A stretch of DNA of 64,000 nt from NCBI GenBank assembly GCA_963514005.1, contig OY740782.1, positions 28,148,001 to 28,212,000 of the forward strand. The letters run 5' to 3'. The DNA comes from Raja brachyura. Lineage: Eukaryota. The position numbers were made by a program, and so were the translations under genes. Shown piece by piece: positions 49,675 through 61,285 of this stretch. Numbering within the stretch: the stretch's first letter is position 1; the number at the start of each line of letters is the position of its first letter. The notes beneath the pieces were generated by a model. The model saw nothing but the letters and a program-made list of their open reading frames with translations, was not told the origin of the DNA and searched no databases.

Positions 49675-50935
49675 CAAGATCATACAGTCATACAGCATGG
49701 AAATATGCCCTGTGGAATCCAATATACTCCAAGTGCAACCTTACCATTGTCTTGTACAACTATAACATAACATTTCTACTTTTATTCTCAATTCCCTGAC
49801 TGATGAAGGCCAGCATGGATCTTCCATTGGGTGGCGCCAGTAATGGTTGCCTCGCCAACATTCTGTCTTGTCCCTTCCTTCTTTGTTGTTTTTTTAGTAT
49901 GTGTTAAATGTATGTTTTAATGTTCTTTTTTTCATCTCTTACTTCGACGGAGATGCAATTTTTTTCTGTATCGTATCTCCGTCTGCACTGCTTTGATTGC
50001 CCCAACATGGGAGCTTCATTCACCTCAATGCGGGGGCTTCGATCACCGGCTGCGGGAGCTTCGATCGCCCCAACTGCGGGAGAATAGAGGAAGAAGATTT
50101 TACTTTATTGCCTTCCATCGTAGTGAGGAATGTGGGAAATCCACTATGGTGGATGTTCATGTTAACTTTTATGTAGTTGTGTGTCTTGTTGCTTTTTTTA
50201 TAAGTATGGCTGTATGGTAATTTGAGTTTCACTGTACCTTAATTGGTTCATGTGACAAGAAACTTTACTTTGAACCTTCGATGAAGGCCAGCATGCCAAA
50301 AGCCTTCTTCACCATTCTACTTACCGATAGAGGTGTATAAAGTCATGAGGGAAACACAGAGTTATTCCATAGTCTTTTTTCTAGTCAGCAAACATGCCAT
50401 ACGTCTTCTTTACCACCTTGACTACCTGCTAAACCACATTTCAGGAAACTATGTACTTGTACTCCAAGATCCCTTTACTCTGCAGTGCCCCCCATCCCCT
50501 ATCATTCACTGTGAATTTCCTATCCTGGTTTGACTTCCTGAAATGCAACCGATCACGCTTATCTGAATTAAACACCGTTTGCCGTTCGTCAACTCACATG
50601 CCCATTTGCTCAAAATCCTGCTGTAATTCTTTTATAACTGTGTCTACAATACCACCTATTTCAATGTCATCATTATACACACTAATCATACCTCATACAC
50701 TCTCATCCAAGTCACAGATATATATGACAATCAAACAATGGGCCTAGTACCAGTCTTTGAGGCTTACCATTAGTCACCGGCCTCCAGTCTGGAAAAAAAA
50801 AATCCACCACCACCCTCGGTTTCCTACCATTAAGCCAATTTTGTTTATAGTTAGCTAGCTGTTCCTGAATCCCATGCAATCTCTCCTTCCAGAGCAGGCT
50901 AACTTGCGGAACCTTTATCAAAGCCCTTGCTGAAA
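49675..50935 (-). mobile_element. Old CR1 LINE fragments
   Basis: Reverse of NWLNGRKPRVVVD..DWRPVTNG.PQ..VLGP and TACTCCAAGTGCAACCTTACC. Confidence 0.65.
49818..50279 (+). mobile_element. GC-rich non-autonomous retroposon (short subfamily)
   Basis: 16-bp TSD GATGAAGGCCAGCATG (49802-49817, 50280-50295); homologous to 60660-61285. Confidence 0.82.
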
Positions 50936-51016
50936 TTGATGATATTTCAGTAATGTCATTTCGGACTACTGTCCTGATGTTCTCCTTAATCAATAAAACA
51001 ACTCCCACTCCTTTTT

Positions 51017-51661
51017 TTTGTTAATATTTTTTATTAGAAGTTAATGCATATTGATACATATTAAGACAATTTAAAATGTAAGAAAAAAAAGAGAAACAAA
51101 ATAATTTACTATTCATCTCATACATTTTTAATATTTATAACATTTAGTCATTCTTGTTTATACTTCTACATATTTATTATTTATTATTCTACATATTTAT
51201 TATTTTTAATAAAGAAAGAAATTAATAGAAAGAAATAATAAAATAAATTAAAATAATAATAAAAATAGAAAATCAATAATGTGAGTGGAGTTTTAAACAT
51301 TCTATTCTACATTGGAGATATATCAGTGATCTATTATATATAATTCTTCATCCATTCCCCGTCCAGGTTTCAGTCAGGCCCTCGAACCGAGCCCATTTGT
51401 CCCTTTAGATAATCAATAAATGGAGACCATGTCCCTCTAAACTGATCTAGCCTGTCCGAGAGGACAAGTCTTAATCTTTCCAAATGAAGTGTCTCCGACA
51501 TTTCTGTAATCCACATTTTAATAGTGGGGTTGGTAGGACCTTTCCAAAATTTTAGTATTAATTTTTTACCAATTATTAAACTATAATCGATAGAAATTTG
51601 TTGTTTTGTTGTTAGTGATTGATCAGTTTCTAATATACCTAATATAATTAATTTGGAATCT
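51017..51661 (-). mobile_element. L1-clade LINE 3' end
   Basis: Minus strand reads DSKLIILG..GKKLILKFWKGPTNPTIKMWITEMSETLHLERL..DQFRGTWSPFIDYL*, then an AT-rich UTR and polyA; about 15-bp TSD CTCCCACTCCTTTTT (51002, 51662). Confidence 0.85.
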
Positions 51662-52186
51662 CTCCCACTCCTTTTTTATCCTAATTTCTATTAAGCCTAT
51701 AGCATCTATACACGGGAAGGCTGAAAATGCCACTCCTGTCCCCCCATTAGCCAAGTTCCGTAATGGCTTTAATGTCTCATTCGCATGTACCTATCCACAC
51801 CATGAGCTTATCTGACTTATCTGCCAGGCATCGAGCATTGAAATAAATGCAATTCAATTTAATCTAACCGCCTGTCTTTGCTCATTGTCATCCTGCCTAC
51901 CCTGTCTACTGAGCTTTGTGTTATTGAATTTTGTATCAACTCCCACCTGCCTCACTACTGCATTGGATCCTGCCCCCATACCAATGAAGTTTAAATTCTT
52001 CCGTGTAGCTCTTGCAAACCTACTTGCAAGGATATTGGTTCTCTTCTAGTTCAGGTGCAATCTATCCCTCTTATGCCGGCATCTCTGCCCCAGAGATATC
52101 CCAAGGGTCCAAAAATCTAACCCCTTCTCAATAATCTGTGCATTGTCACAATCATGTCTGATGGGGTTGCTCCCATTCTGCCACTC

Positions 52187-52710
52187 AGTCAAGAGTCAAG
52201 AAAGTTTTATTGTCATGTGTCCCAGATAGGACAATGGAATTCTTACTTGCTGCAGCACAACAGAATATGTAAACATAATACAAAATGGAAGATACAACTT
52301 CAGTGTGTCTATAGACCATGGACCATATGTACACAATAAATAAACAGACATAGTGAAATAATAATATTAATAATAATAATAATAATAATAGACTGTTATT
52401 GTTCAGAGCTTATTTGATGATGCGTTTAATAGCCTGATGGCTGTGGAGAAGAAGCTGTTCCTGAACCAGGATGTTACAGATTTCAGGCTCCTGTACCTTC
52501 TTCCCGAAGGCAATGGTGAAATGAGTGTGTGACCAGGATGGTGTGGGTCTTTGATGATGTTGGCAGCCTTTTTGAGGCAGCGACTGCGATAGATCCCTTC
52601 GATGGTGGAGAGGTCAGTTGTAACCACTGCCCAGTGATGGACTGGGCAGTGGTCACAACTTTCTGCCATCTTTGCCACTCCTGGACGTTCACGTTGCCAA
52701 ACCAGGCCAA
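52187..52710 (-). mobile_element. Rex/Babar-like LINE 3' fragment
   Basis: IEGIYRSRCLKKAANIIKDPHHPGHTLISPLPSGRRYRS..FRNSFFSTAIRLLN; (TCTTGAC)n tail. Confidence 0.82.
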
Positions 52711-53202
52711 AGTATAATGGAATTATACTTATACCAGTATAAGCATAATAGAAACAAAATTCACAAGGTGTTCCTTCTGAGCTTCCTGCAAGGTTATGTT
52801 GGCAGAATGGGATCAGAGCCAACATAAACTAATTTTACAATCAAACTTTCTTTGATTGGCTGAATAGGCACACCTTAAAACTTCTTCCTTCTATTTTACA
52901 GATAAGAGTCAGTGACAGCGTTTGAGATCTTACATTTTTTACTTTTCTATAATCCATGCACTTTTCTGGCTACAATCCAGTTTGATGTGGACAGAGTTTT
53001 AAAGGTGCCACACAAATGTAAGTCCTTTTTCCTTTTTTTAAAATAAATTACTTCCATTTTTGCTCCATTTTTCTTCATTCTGATATTGAAGTATATTCGA
53101 AAATGTATAAATAATACCATATAACAACTAGTTATCTGCAGATCTGAGATTTTTTCCGTGAACTAATAGTCTCAGAGAAGCAACTCACTTTAGAAAGGCA
53201 CT

Positions 53203-53221
53203 GGACACCATCTAGTGGTTT
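53203..53221 (-). promoter_or_regulatory. Candidate CTCF site
   Basis: Minus strand CCACTAGATGGTGTC resembles the CTCF core CCASYAGRKGGCRC, and lies in non-repetitive DNA. Confidence 0.4.
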
Positions 53222-53757
53222 AAAACAGTGATTCATGTAAAGGAAGGAACAGTCATTTTGATCTGGGAGCAATAATCTGGGCTCTTTAACCCGGGCACAA
53301 AATTAGTAATGTTAATGTGCTTATTCATTGTTTATACATAAATAGTACAATTTCAGAAGGGAACAAAGTGTCTTCATTGTAAATATTCAAAATTCCTGTT
53401 TATTCCCATAACCACTGTTTAGGTCATCATAAAAAGTTGACATAATTTGTAATAGAATGATTGCCATAGTGTCATAGCACAGAAACATGCCCTTCAGCCC
53501 ACCATGTCCAAGCCAGCCATTAATCCCATTTATCAGCACTTGCCCATTGACTTTGACAATTCAAATGCTTATCCAGATACGTTTTAAATATTTTGATGGT
53601 ATCTGCCTCTACCACATTTTAGGGCATTGCACCAAAATTTTAATCATCCTTAAATGAAAAAAAAGTCTGCATATCTCTTCCCAACCGTAAAGCTCAATTT
53701 TGTTTACTTCTGTTATTTACCCCCTTAGTTTCCTCTACTCCAATGTGTAACAAACAT

Positions 53758-53890
53758 ACAGTCTGAAGAAGGGTCTCGACCTGAAACATCACCCATTCCT
53801 TCTCTCCAGAGATGCTGCCTGTCCCACTGAGTTAATCCAGCTTTTTGTGTCTATCTTTGGTTTAAATCAGCATCTGCAGTTCCTTACACA
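53758..53890 (+). mobile_element. Penelope-pLTR-derived repeat with the best-preserved hammerhead-like core
   Basis: CTGAAGA (53763-53769), A-GGGTC-TC-GACCT, GAAAC (53783-53787), ATC-ACC, then the shared pLTR tail. Confidence 0.72.
53761..53793 (+). ncRNA. Minimal type-I hammerhead ribozyme-like motif
   Basis: CUGANGA / stem II / GAAA / NUH layout known from PLE hammerheads; this copy has ATC where the other copies suggest GTC or GTT. Confidence 0.5.
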
Positions 53891-55629
53891 ATAAACATAC
53901 CCTATTCGGGATACTGGATACTGAGATCACAGGTACGGGATACTGAGTTGGATGATCAGCCATGATCACGTCGAATGGCCTACTCCTGCACCTATGTTTC
54001 TATGTTCTATGTTTCTATGTGCTATGTTTCTATGTTCTCTTTCTCCTCATAACTAATTGTTTTGTCCCAACTAACATCCTAATAAATCTCATCAGAATTC
54101 CCTGCAGTGCATTACAATTCTTAATTATTTATTACTGTCATTAAGGATGCAAATAGTGGCAATTATTAAGAATTAATAACTATGCGAGCCAACGGCCATC
54201 CACAGTTCAGTAGAAGCTGTGATCACTTTGTATATAGCATTGTAAGGCACCGTGCCCATTGATGTTTTCAACGATGATGATTAAGAAGTAAGAATGGACA
54301 TAAAATGGAGAGAATTCAAAGGAGATTCTTGATTACTACAGGTTTTGGGCAGTCAGGCAGAACATGGCCGATATCGGGGCCTAAATAACATATTTTGCAT
54401 CATCGGATTAAAATGAAATTATACCAAAAACTAGATAAGATGTTAAGTAAACACCTGACAGAACATACCTTTTGCTTTGTCCTGATCTTGCGATCCGTGA
54501 TTTTGGGCGTTTTAATCTGATGATTTTCATCCAGCGATTCAATAGTTAAACAACGTTTTAAAAAAAAACACGCAAACGTAATCACAAAACAAAATTTCCT
54601 CATAAGCTTGTTTTACAAGGAAATCCCACCATGATAACCAATAAAAACCTGCAATTTACTAACCCTACCCTCACAGCCTCTCGAGTCGCACACGCAGGCA
54701 GTGAGCAGATCAAGAACATCACTGATGGCAGGAATTTGTAACAACGCTATAATTGGGGCATAAAAAACAAAATAGGATTTATTTAAGGTGAGAAGATCGA
54801 GGTTTAAAGGGTTTGTGAGTGAAAGATCTGCTTGCATGGAGAATGGTTGGCATCTGGAACTCACTCCAGAGGTGGTGGTGATTCAGATACATTAACTACT
54901 TTTAAGAAGCATTTGGAGAGGCAATTCAATAGGCAAAGTGCAGAAGAATATAGTCTAATGCAGATACAGTAGCAGCACAGTGGTGTAGTGGTAGAGCTAC
55001 TGCCTGACAGTGCCAGAGATCTAGGTTTGATCCTGACTACAAGTGCTTGTTTGTATGTAGTTTTACATTCTCCCCATTGTGATGTAAATGCTAGTGCCAT
55101 CTTGAAACATTTGTACTCGTCATCAATGTGAAAATGCCTGTGCCCTCTTGAGGCCAGGAGTACAAGGTGGGGAGTGTGCCTGTGCCTAGTGACTGATGAC
55201 AACTGACCTTCTAGTAGTTTCTGTTGGTTCTTGATATAATAAACTTTTCTTACAAGATATCAGACTTGTATTAATTGTGCTAGTCACAACAGGATTGTAC
55301 AGCAGACCTTACATAGTGTCAGAGTAAAAATCATGGTAAGACTCAAGCCACCGGGACCACTCTCCATGCAAGGGAACTTAGCCAAGAATTATAAGGACTG
55401 GATAAAGGCATTCCAGCTGTACGAGATGGCAACAGAGCTGACGAATAAGCCAGATAAGATTCGGTGTGCAACATTCCTCCACGTGGCAGAGCCGGCTGCT
55501 CAGCAGATTTATGAGACTTTCAGTTCGTCCCGGAAGAATGTGACAAAATATAACTGCTGAAGAAGTTCCAGACATACTGTGAACCAAAAAAAGAACTTAA
55601 CTGACACAAGATACACCTTTAATACACGT

Positions 55630-55834
55630 TGAAGATGGTTTATGCATGCAACCAATAATATAGCTACCTTAGTACCATTAACCCCGCCTTAGTTAACATC
55701 AATCATAACGCTTTCCCCTCTCTGGGTACAGTTCAGTAGAAGAATGTAACCAGTGCTTGCTGACGTGTGTTATACCCTGTGCTATCATTAAAGGATGTTA
55801 TGCACTTCAAGAGTATGTGAATCGCTTATTTACA
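55630..55834. mobile_element. 205-bp solo LTR nested in Gypsy gag
   Basis: TG...CA ends; 5-bp TSD CACGT (55625-55629, 55835-55839); removal restores YTFNT-RNQQRGE. Confidence 0.78.
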
Positions 55835-57260
55835 CACGTAATCAGCAGCGAGGGGAGACCTTCTCCAGCTACCTGATTGCAGTGAAGTCTTTAGCTAATG
55901 ATTGCAAATTTGGTAGTCTGCATGACTCGTTGCTGCAAGACAGAATAGTCTGTGACATCACCAGCCAGCCGTTCCGGGAGAAACTGTTCCAATGCGATGA
56001 CTTAACACTGGAAAAATGCAGTGGCATGTGTACGATCGCCGAAGCAGATTGCCCCAACCACCATCGCCGCTTATTGATTATTTGAAATGAGACAGCGCCA
56101 GTCAGCCATGCGGCCTGGGCCGAGCCAGGGATTCGCGACCCAGACAACCACACACAGAAATCCGTAATTATGGTAATGATGCCATCTGCCGGTCACGTGC
56201 ATAAAAACAACTACTGCTCATGAGATGTCACACATGCAGAAAGATCGGACATTTCTCCAGATCCCCCGACTGCCCGAGAAATAGGCACCCAACAGCGATC
56301 CACGTTCTCGACAACATGACCAGCTGATCAGACAGAAGGCCAGGGACAGGAGCCACGTGACCTCAATGTGGCCAATCGCAGGGGGCGTTTCCCAATGTCG
56401 ACGTTCGAGAACATTGAAGCCCGCATACCAAAGGCAAAATGGTCCTCGAAATTTGACGCCACAAGTGGGTACTGGCAGTTCCCACTGAGCGACGGCAGCT
56501 CATGTCTGACCACATTTAATAATCGGGAGATACCGATACCTCGTGCTTCACATTTGGAATCTCATCCGCAAGTGAGATTTGGCAACGGGTGATGCAGGAA
56601 GGGTTCGGTGATTTAGAAGGAGTGGAGATAGTCGTTGATGACATTCTCGTTTCGGGTGAGAAGGCAGCCCAGCTTGACGCAAGGGTGAAAGCCCTACTCG
56701 CGCATGTGAAAGAGTCCGGTCGAAAGCTCAATCCTAGAAAGTCAGTAATGCACTCAAATGAGATTGAATATGTGGGACACGTCACCTCGCAAGCAGGCGT
56801 GTCACCAAACCCATCTCGTGTCAGCAGTGTGCGACAAATGCCATACCCGACAAACAAGGCTGAAGTGCAAACATTCTTGGGGCTGGTAACATACGTGGCC
56901 AAGCTTATTCTGAACCTTTCGGACATCACCGCCCCACTTAGACAGCTAACAGAAAAGAGTGTAGCGTGGCATTTTGAGCAGAAACACAGACATGCAGTAG
57001 ACAAGCTGAAGTGTCTTCTCACATTGCCACCCGTGATCAAACTGTACGATGTGAACACGCCCGTTTCAATTGCCACAGATGCTTCCAAAAGCGGATTTGG
57101 AGCGGTCCTGATGCAAGACGGGAGACTTGTTGCATATGCATCACGACGTGTGAATGCGGCCGAGCGCAACTATGCGACTTTAGAGAAGGAGCTGTACGCC
57201 ATATTGTTCGTATGCAGAAAGTTTCATGACTTCATTGTCGGTCAGCGCACAGTAATCCTT

Positions 57261-57458
57261 GGTAGACAAAAGTGCTGGAGAAACTCAGCGGGTTCAGATA
57301 GATCAGTCTGAAGAAGAGTTTTGGGCTGAAACGTTGCCAATTTCCTTCGCTCCATAGATGCTGCTGCACCTGCTGAGTTTCTGAAGCACTTTAGTTTCTG
57401 AAGCTCTTTAGTTCTGAAGTCTACCTTCGATTTTCCAACATTTGCAGCTCCTTCTTAA
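57261..57458 (+). mobile_element. Penelope-pLTR insertion with inverted 5' segment, nested in Gypsy pol
   Basis: 14-bp TSD GCACAGTAATCCTT (57247-57260, 57459-57472); CTGAAGA..GAAACGTT core at 57308-57335. Confidence 0.8.
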
Positions 57459-59242
57459 GCACAGTAATCCTTACTGACCACAAGCCATTAGTAGGCTTGC
57501 TCGCTAAGCCGCTACACAAACTAAGCCCCAGACTCCTGCGCATGCAAATGTACCTGCTATGGTTTGACCTTGAGATACGGTGGAAGTCAGGACGTGAAAT
57601 GTTTGTCCCCGACACCCTGAGCCGGCTGCACAGTGCAAAGATGCCTGCGGAAGAGCACATCACACTGCCAAACGTGATACATGTTGTAGAAGCCATCCTA
57701 CACATGTCAGATGAGCGCCTTGCGCAGTTCAAAGCTGAAACAGAAAAAGATCAAACCCTAACACTGCTGCGCAAGTACATAAGAAAGTTTGGCTGAGTAA
57801 CAGTGATCTGCCCTCGGACTTGATTCCGTTTCATGCATACCATGACGAACTGGTGAAGTGGACGGATTAGTCTTAATGAAAAACGAAAAAATAGTCCCCC
57901 AAAGATGCGCTGGCAGATGCAGAACGCGCTACATGAATCACATCTGGGAGTAGTGAAACTGAAACAATGAGCCCGCAATTTATTTGCGTGGCCAGGAATG
58001 AATGCACAGATTGAGGACACAGTGGGAATTTGCTCGATATACCAGGCGACTAGGAAAGCACAAGCAAGCGATCCGCTTCAACCGCGCTTCATCCCCCGTA
58101 GACCTTGGTCTAAAGTCGGGGCAGACATCTTCCATCTGGATGGAGTTGACCATTTGCTTGTAGTGGACTAGTACTGCAAATACCCAGAAATAGCGCAAAT
58201 GCCACACATGACGTCACATTCGGTGATACGAGAGATGAAGGCCATGTTTGCCCGGAATGGCATTCCTGACTTGGTGATGTCAGACAACGCAAGACAATTT
58301 GACTGTGTTTCGCAAGTTCAAGGATGAATGGGAATTTGCCCATGTCACCTCAAGTCCCATATATCCACAGAGTAACGGGTAGGTGGAGCGCTTTGTGCAA
58401 ACCGTGAAAAATATCATTAAGGAAGCCAAATGCAGCGACTGTGACCCAATGTATGCCATCCTCGAATACCGCAACACTGCCCTTGATGGGCATGTGGTTA
58501 TGCCCCCTCACAGCTAATGAACAGTAGACTAATGAGAAGCAAATTGCCATCACCTTCATCGCTCCTACAGCCGCATCATGTCCCTCCCATGGGACCGCAA
58601 CTAGCCGTCCGGCAAGAAAAACCAGAAGGCGAGCGCCGAGCCACTGCCGTGCCTGGAGCGACAACAACAGGTGTAGTTTCGTGCCAAACCAACCGAGTGG
58701 CAACGTGGCCAGATTGCGCAAGAAAACCTGGCCCTTTGGAGCTACTCCATTTTGACACCGAGCGGTACCGAGTACCGCAGAGACAGAAAGGACATACGAC
58801 CTGCGCATGAAGCATTTGAGCCATGTCCTGGCAACGCGCAGCAAAAGAGTGCAAAATCTCTCCCAGACGGATGGAGCAAGTCTCCCAGACTCAACAGAAC
58901 AATCACAGCCCGCATCACAAGGTCATGTGGTGGGGAACCTCCTCGCAGCATGCCAAGCCACACTCACACACAACAGAAATACAACACCGAACGAGTCAGA
59001 AATACGACTCGCACGAGAAGTGGGCGTATGTCAATACCCCCAACTCGACTTGTTATGTAAAACAGTTTGGATTGTACATGAATTTGTGACCCCAAAGTTG
59101 AAGGGGAGATGTGATGTTAATGCTAGTGCCATCTTGAAACATTTGTACTCGTCATCAATGTGTAAATGCCCGTGACCTCTTGAGGCAAGGAGTACAAGCT
59201 GGGGAGTGTGCCTGTGCTTCGTGACTGATGACAACTGACCTT

Positions 59243-59758
59243 ATAACCATATAACCATATAACAATTACAGCACGGAAACAGGCCTTCTCGGCCCTTCCA
59301 GTCCGTGCCGACCATTCATTTTCCCCTAGTCCCATTTACCTGCACTCAGACCATACCCCTCCATTCCCTTCCCGTCCATATACCTATCCACTTTATTTTT
59401 AAATGTTAAAATCGATCCTGCCTCCACCACTTCTGCAGGAAGATCATTCCACACAGCCACCACTCTCTCAGTAAAGAAGTTCCCCCTCATGTTACCCCTA
59501 AACTTCTGTCCCTTAATTCTCATGTCATGCCCTCTTGTTTGAATCTTCCCTACCCTCAATGGGAAAAGCTTATCCATGTCAACTCTGTCTATCCCTTTCA
59601 TAATTTTAAAGACCTCAATCAAGTCCCCCCTTAACCTTCTGCGCTCCAAAGAATAAAGACCTAACTTGTTCAACCTTTCTCTGTAACTTAGTTGCTGGAA
59701 CCCAGGCAACATTCTAGTAAATCTCCTCTGTACTCTCCCTATTTTGTTGACATCCTTC
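59243..59758 (-). mobile_element. CR1 LINE 3' fragment inserted in the Gypsy 3' LTR
   Basis: MLPGFQQLSYRERLNKLGLYSLERRRLRGDLIEVFKIMKG..FFTERVVAVWNDLP; absent from the 5' LTR. Confidence 0.92.
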
Positions 59759-60659
59759 CTAGTAGTTTCTGTTGGTTGTTGAATATAATAAACTTTTCTT
59801 ACAAGATGTCAGACATAGATTAATTGTGCTAGTCACAACAGGATCATACAGCAGACCTTACACCCATGACCCTTAAGGTTTGTAGGTTAATTAGCTTGGT
59901 GTAAATGTAAAATTGTTCCTGGTGTGCGTAGGATAGTGTTCCTGGTGTGCAAGGAGCACTGGTGGGTGAAGACTCGGTGGGCCAAAGGGTCTGTTTCTGC
60001 ACTGTATCTCTAAACTAAACATGGAATAATTATAGATGGGAAATCCACCTTCTGACCTGCAATTTCAGTCAAAACATTAATGTGGATGGTTATGTTAACT
60101 TTCAGGTCTGTGGTGATCCCCAGCATATTGTTGGTAGGACTGGGCCAAGGTAATGCCATCAACTGTCAAAAGTTCTCTCTTGTTGGAGATCATCATCCCT
60201 TGGAACAGATATAGCGGCAATGGTTTTCAGCATTTATCAGCCTATGTCTGAATATTATCTTGGGTTTGCTGATGAAAGATTGAACAGCTTAGTGTAATGA
60301 TGTTTTGGAAGTGAAATTGAATTAGCAGGCATCCTGGATCCATCCAAAGGCCTGGAAGAGTGAATGTGGATACGATAGTTGGAGAGTCTAGGGCCAGTGA
60401 CCATTGCTTCAGAATAAAAGGACATACCAAAGAAAGATGGGCAGGCATTTCTTTAGTCACGGGTTAGTGAATCTGTAGAATTCATTGCCACAGGCAGATT
60501 ATAGATTAGGAGGGTGTCAAGTGCTAAAGGGACGAAGTTCAGAGAATGAGGTTGAGAGGGAAAGATAGATCAACCGTGATTGAATGGCAGAGTAGGTTTG
60601 ATGGGCCAAATGGCCTAATTCTGCTCCTATACATTTTACAGTCTAATTTATATACTACT

Positions 60660-61285
60660 GAATGGCTGTCTCGTCCCATCCTTCTTTGTTGTTTTTTAGC
60701 ATGTGTTAAATGTATGTATGTTTTAGTGTTCTTCAGCTTGTTTTATGTGCGGGATGGAGGAACTTAAAAAAAAATCTCTTACCTCGACAGAGATGCGATT
60801 TTTTTCCGTATCGCATATCCGTCCGCATTATGGCCTAACACTGAGGAGCTGGTGGCCTCTGTTGGGGACAGACTTCGGGAATTCAAACTATGGGAGCCTG
60901 TGGACCTAACATCAAGGAGCTGGCGGTCCCTGGTTAAGGACTGACTTCGGGAGCTTCAGGCTGCAGGAGCTTCGACCACCCCGATCGCGGAAGCTTCTAT
61001 CACCCCAACGAGGGAGCTTCGATTGCCGGCTGCTGGAGCTTCGATCACCCTGACTCCAGATGGTTCCACTACCCCGACCGCGGGAGAAGAAAGAGGGAAC
61101 ATTAGACTTTATTGCCTTCCATCAGTGAGGAAAGTGGGAAATCCGCTGTGGAGGAAGTTGATGTTAACTTTTATGTAGTTGTGTGTCTTGTTGGGGGGGG
61201 GGGGGGTTAAGTATGACTGTATGGTAATCGATTTTCACTGTACCTTAATTGATGCACGTGACAAAAAACAGACCTTTGAAACCTT
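60660..61285 (+). mobile_element. GC-rich non-autonomous retroposon (same subfamily as 49818)
   Basis: Shared ATGTGTTAAATGTATG, GAGATGC.ATTTTTT, GGAGCTTCGATC repeats, TTTATTGCCTTCCATC..CACTGTACCTTAATTG..GTGACAA. Confidence 0.75.

Larger units (their letters stand above)
55078..59862 (+). mobile_element. Gypsy LTR retrotransposon (Mag/K02A2.6-like), decayed provirus
   Basis: TG..CA LTRs at 55078-55313 and 59110-59862; 5-bp TSD CCCAT; PBS-like TAGTGTCAGA; PPT GAAGGGGAGA. Gag LKPPGPLSMQGNLAKNYKDW..RNQQRGETF..LQDRIV with a CHTCRKIGH knuckle; RT FDATSGYWQ and VVDDILV; RH TDASKSGFGAVL..EKEL; IN GADIF, VVDY, SDN, YPQSNG. Confidence 0.93.
54972..60019 (+). mobile_element. HE1-like SINE split by the Gypsy provirus (54972-55077 and 59868-60019)
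   Basis: The head GCACAGTGGTGTAGTGGTAGAG..TTCTCCCCAT resumes as GACC..GTAGGTTAATT..CTGTATCTCTAAACTAAAC after the TSD. Confidence 0.8.

Noticed and set aside
55333-58560. Endogenous retrovirus or domesticated gag/pol gene
   Set aside because: No env, many stops and frameshifts, and the protease is deleted. The motifs fit an ordinary decayed Gypsy element.
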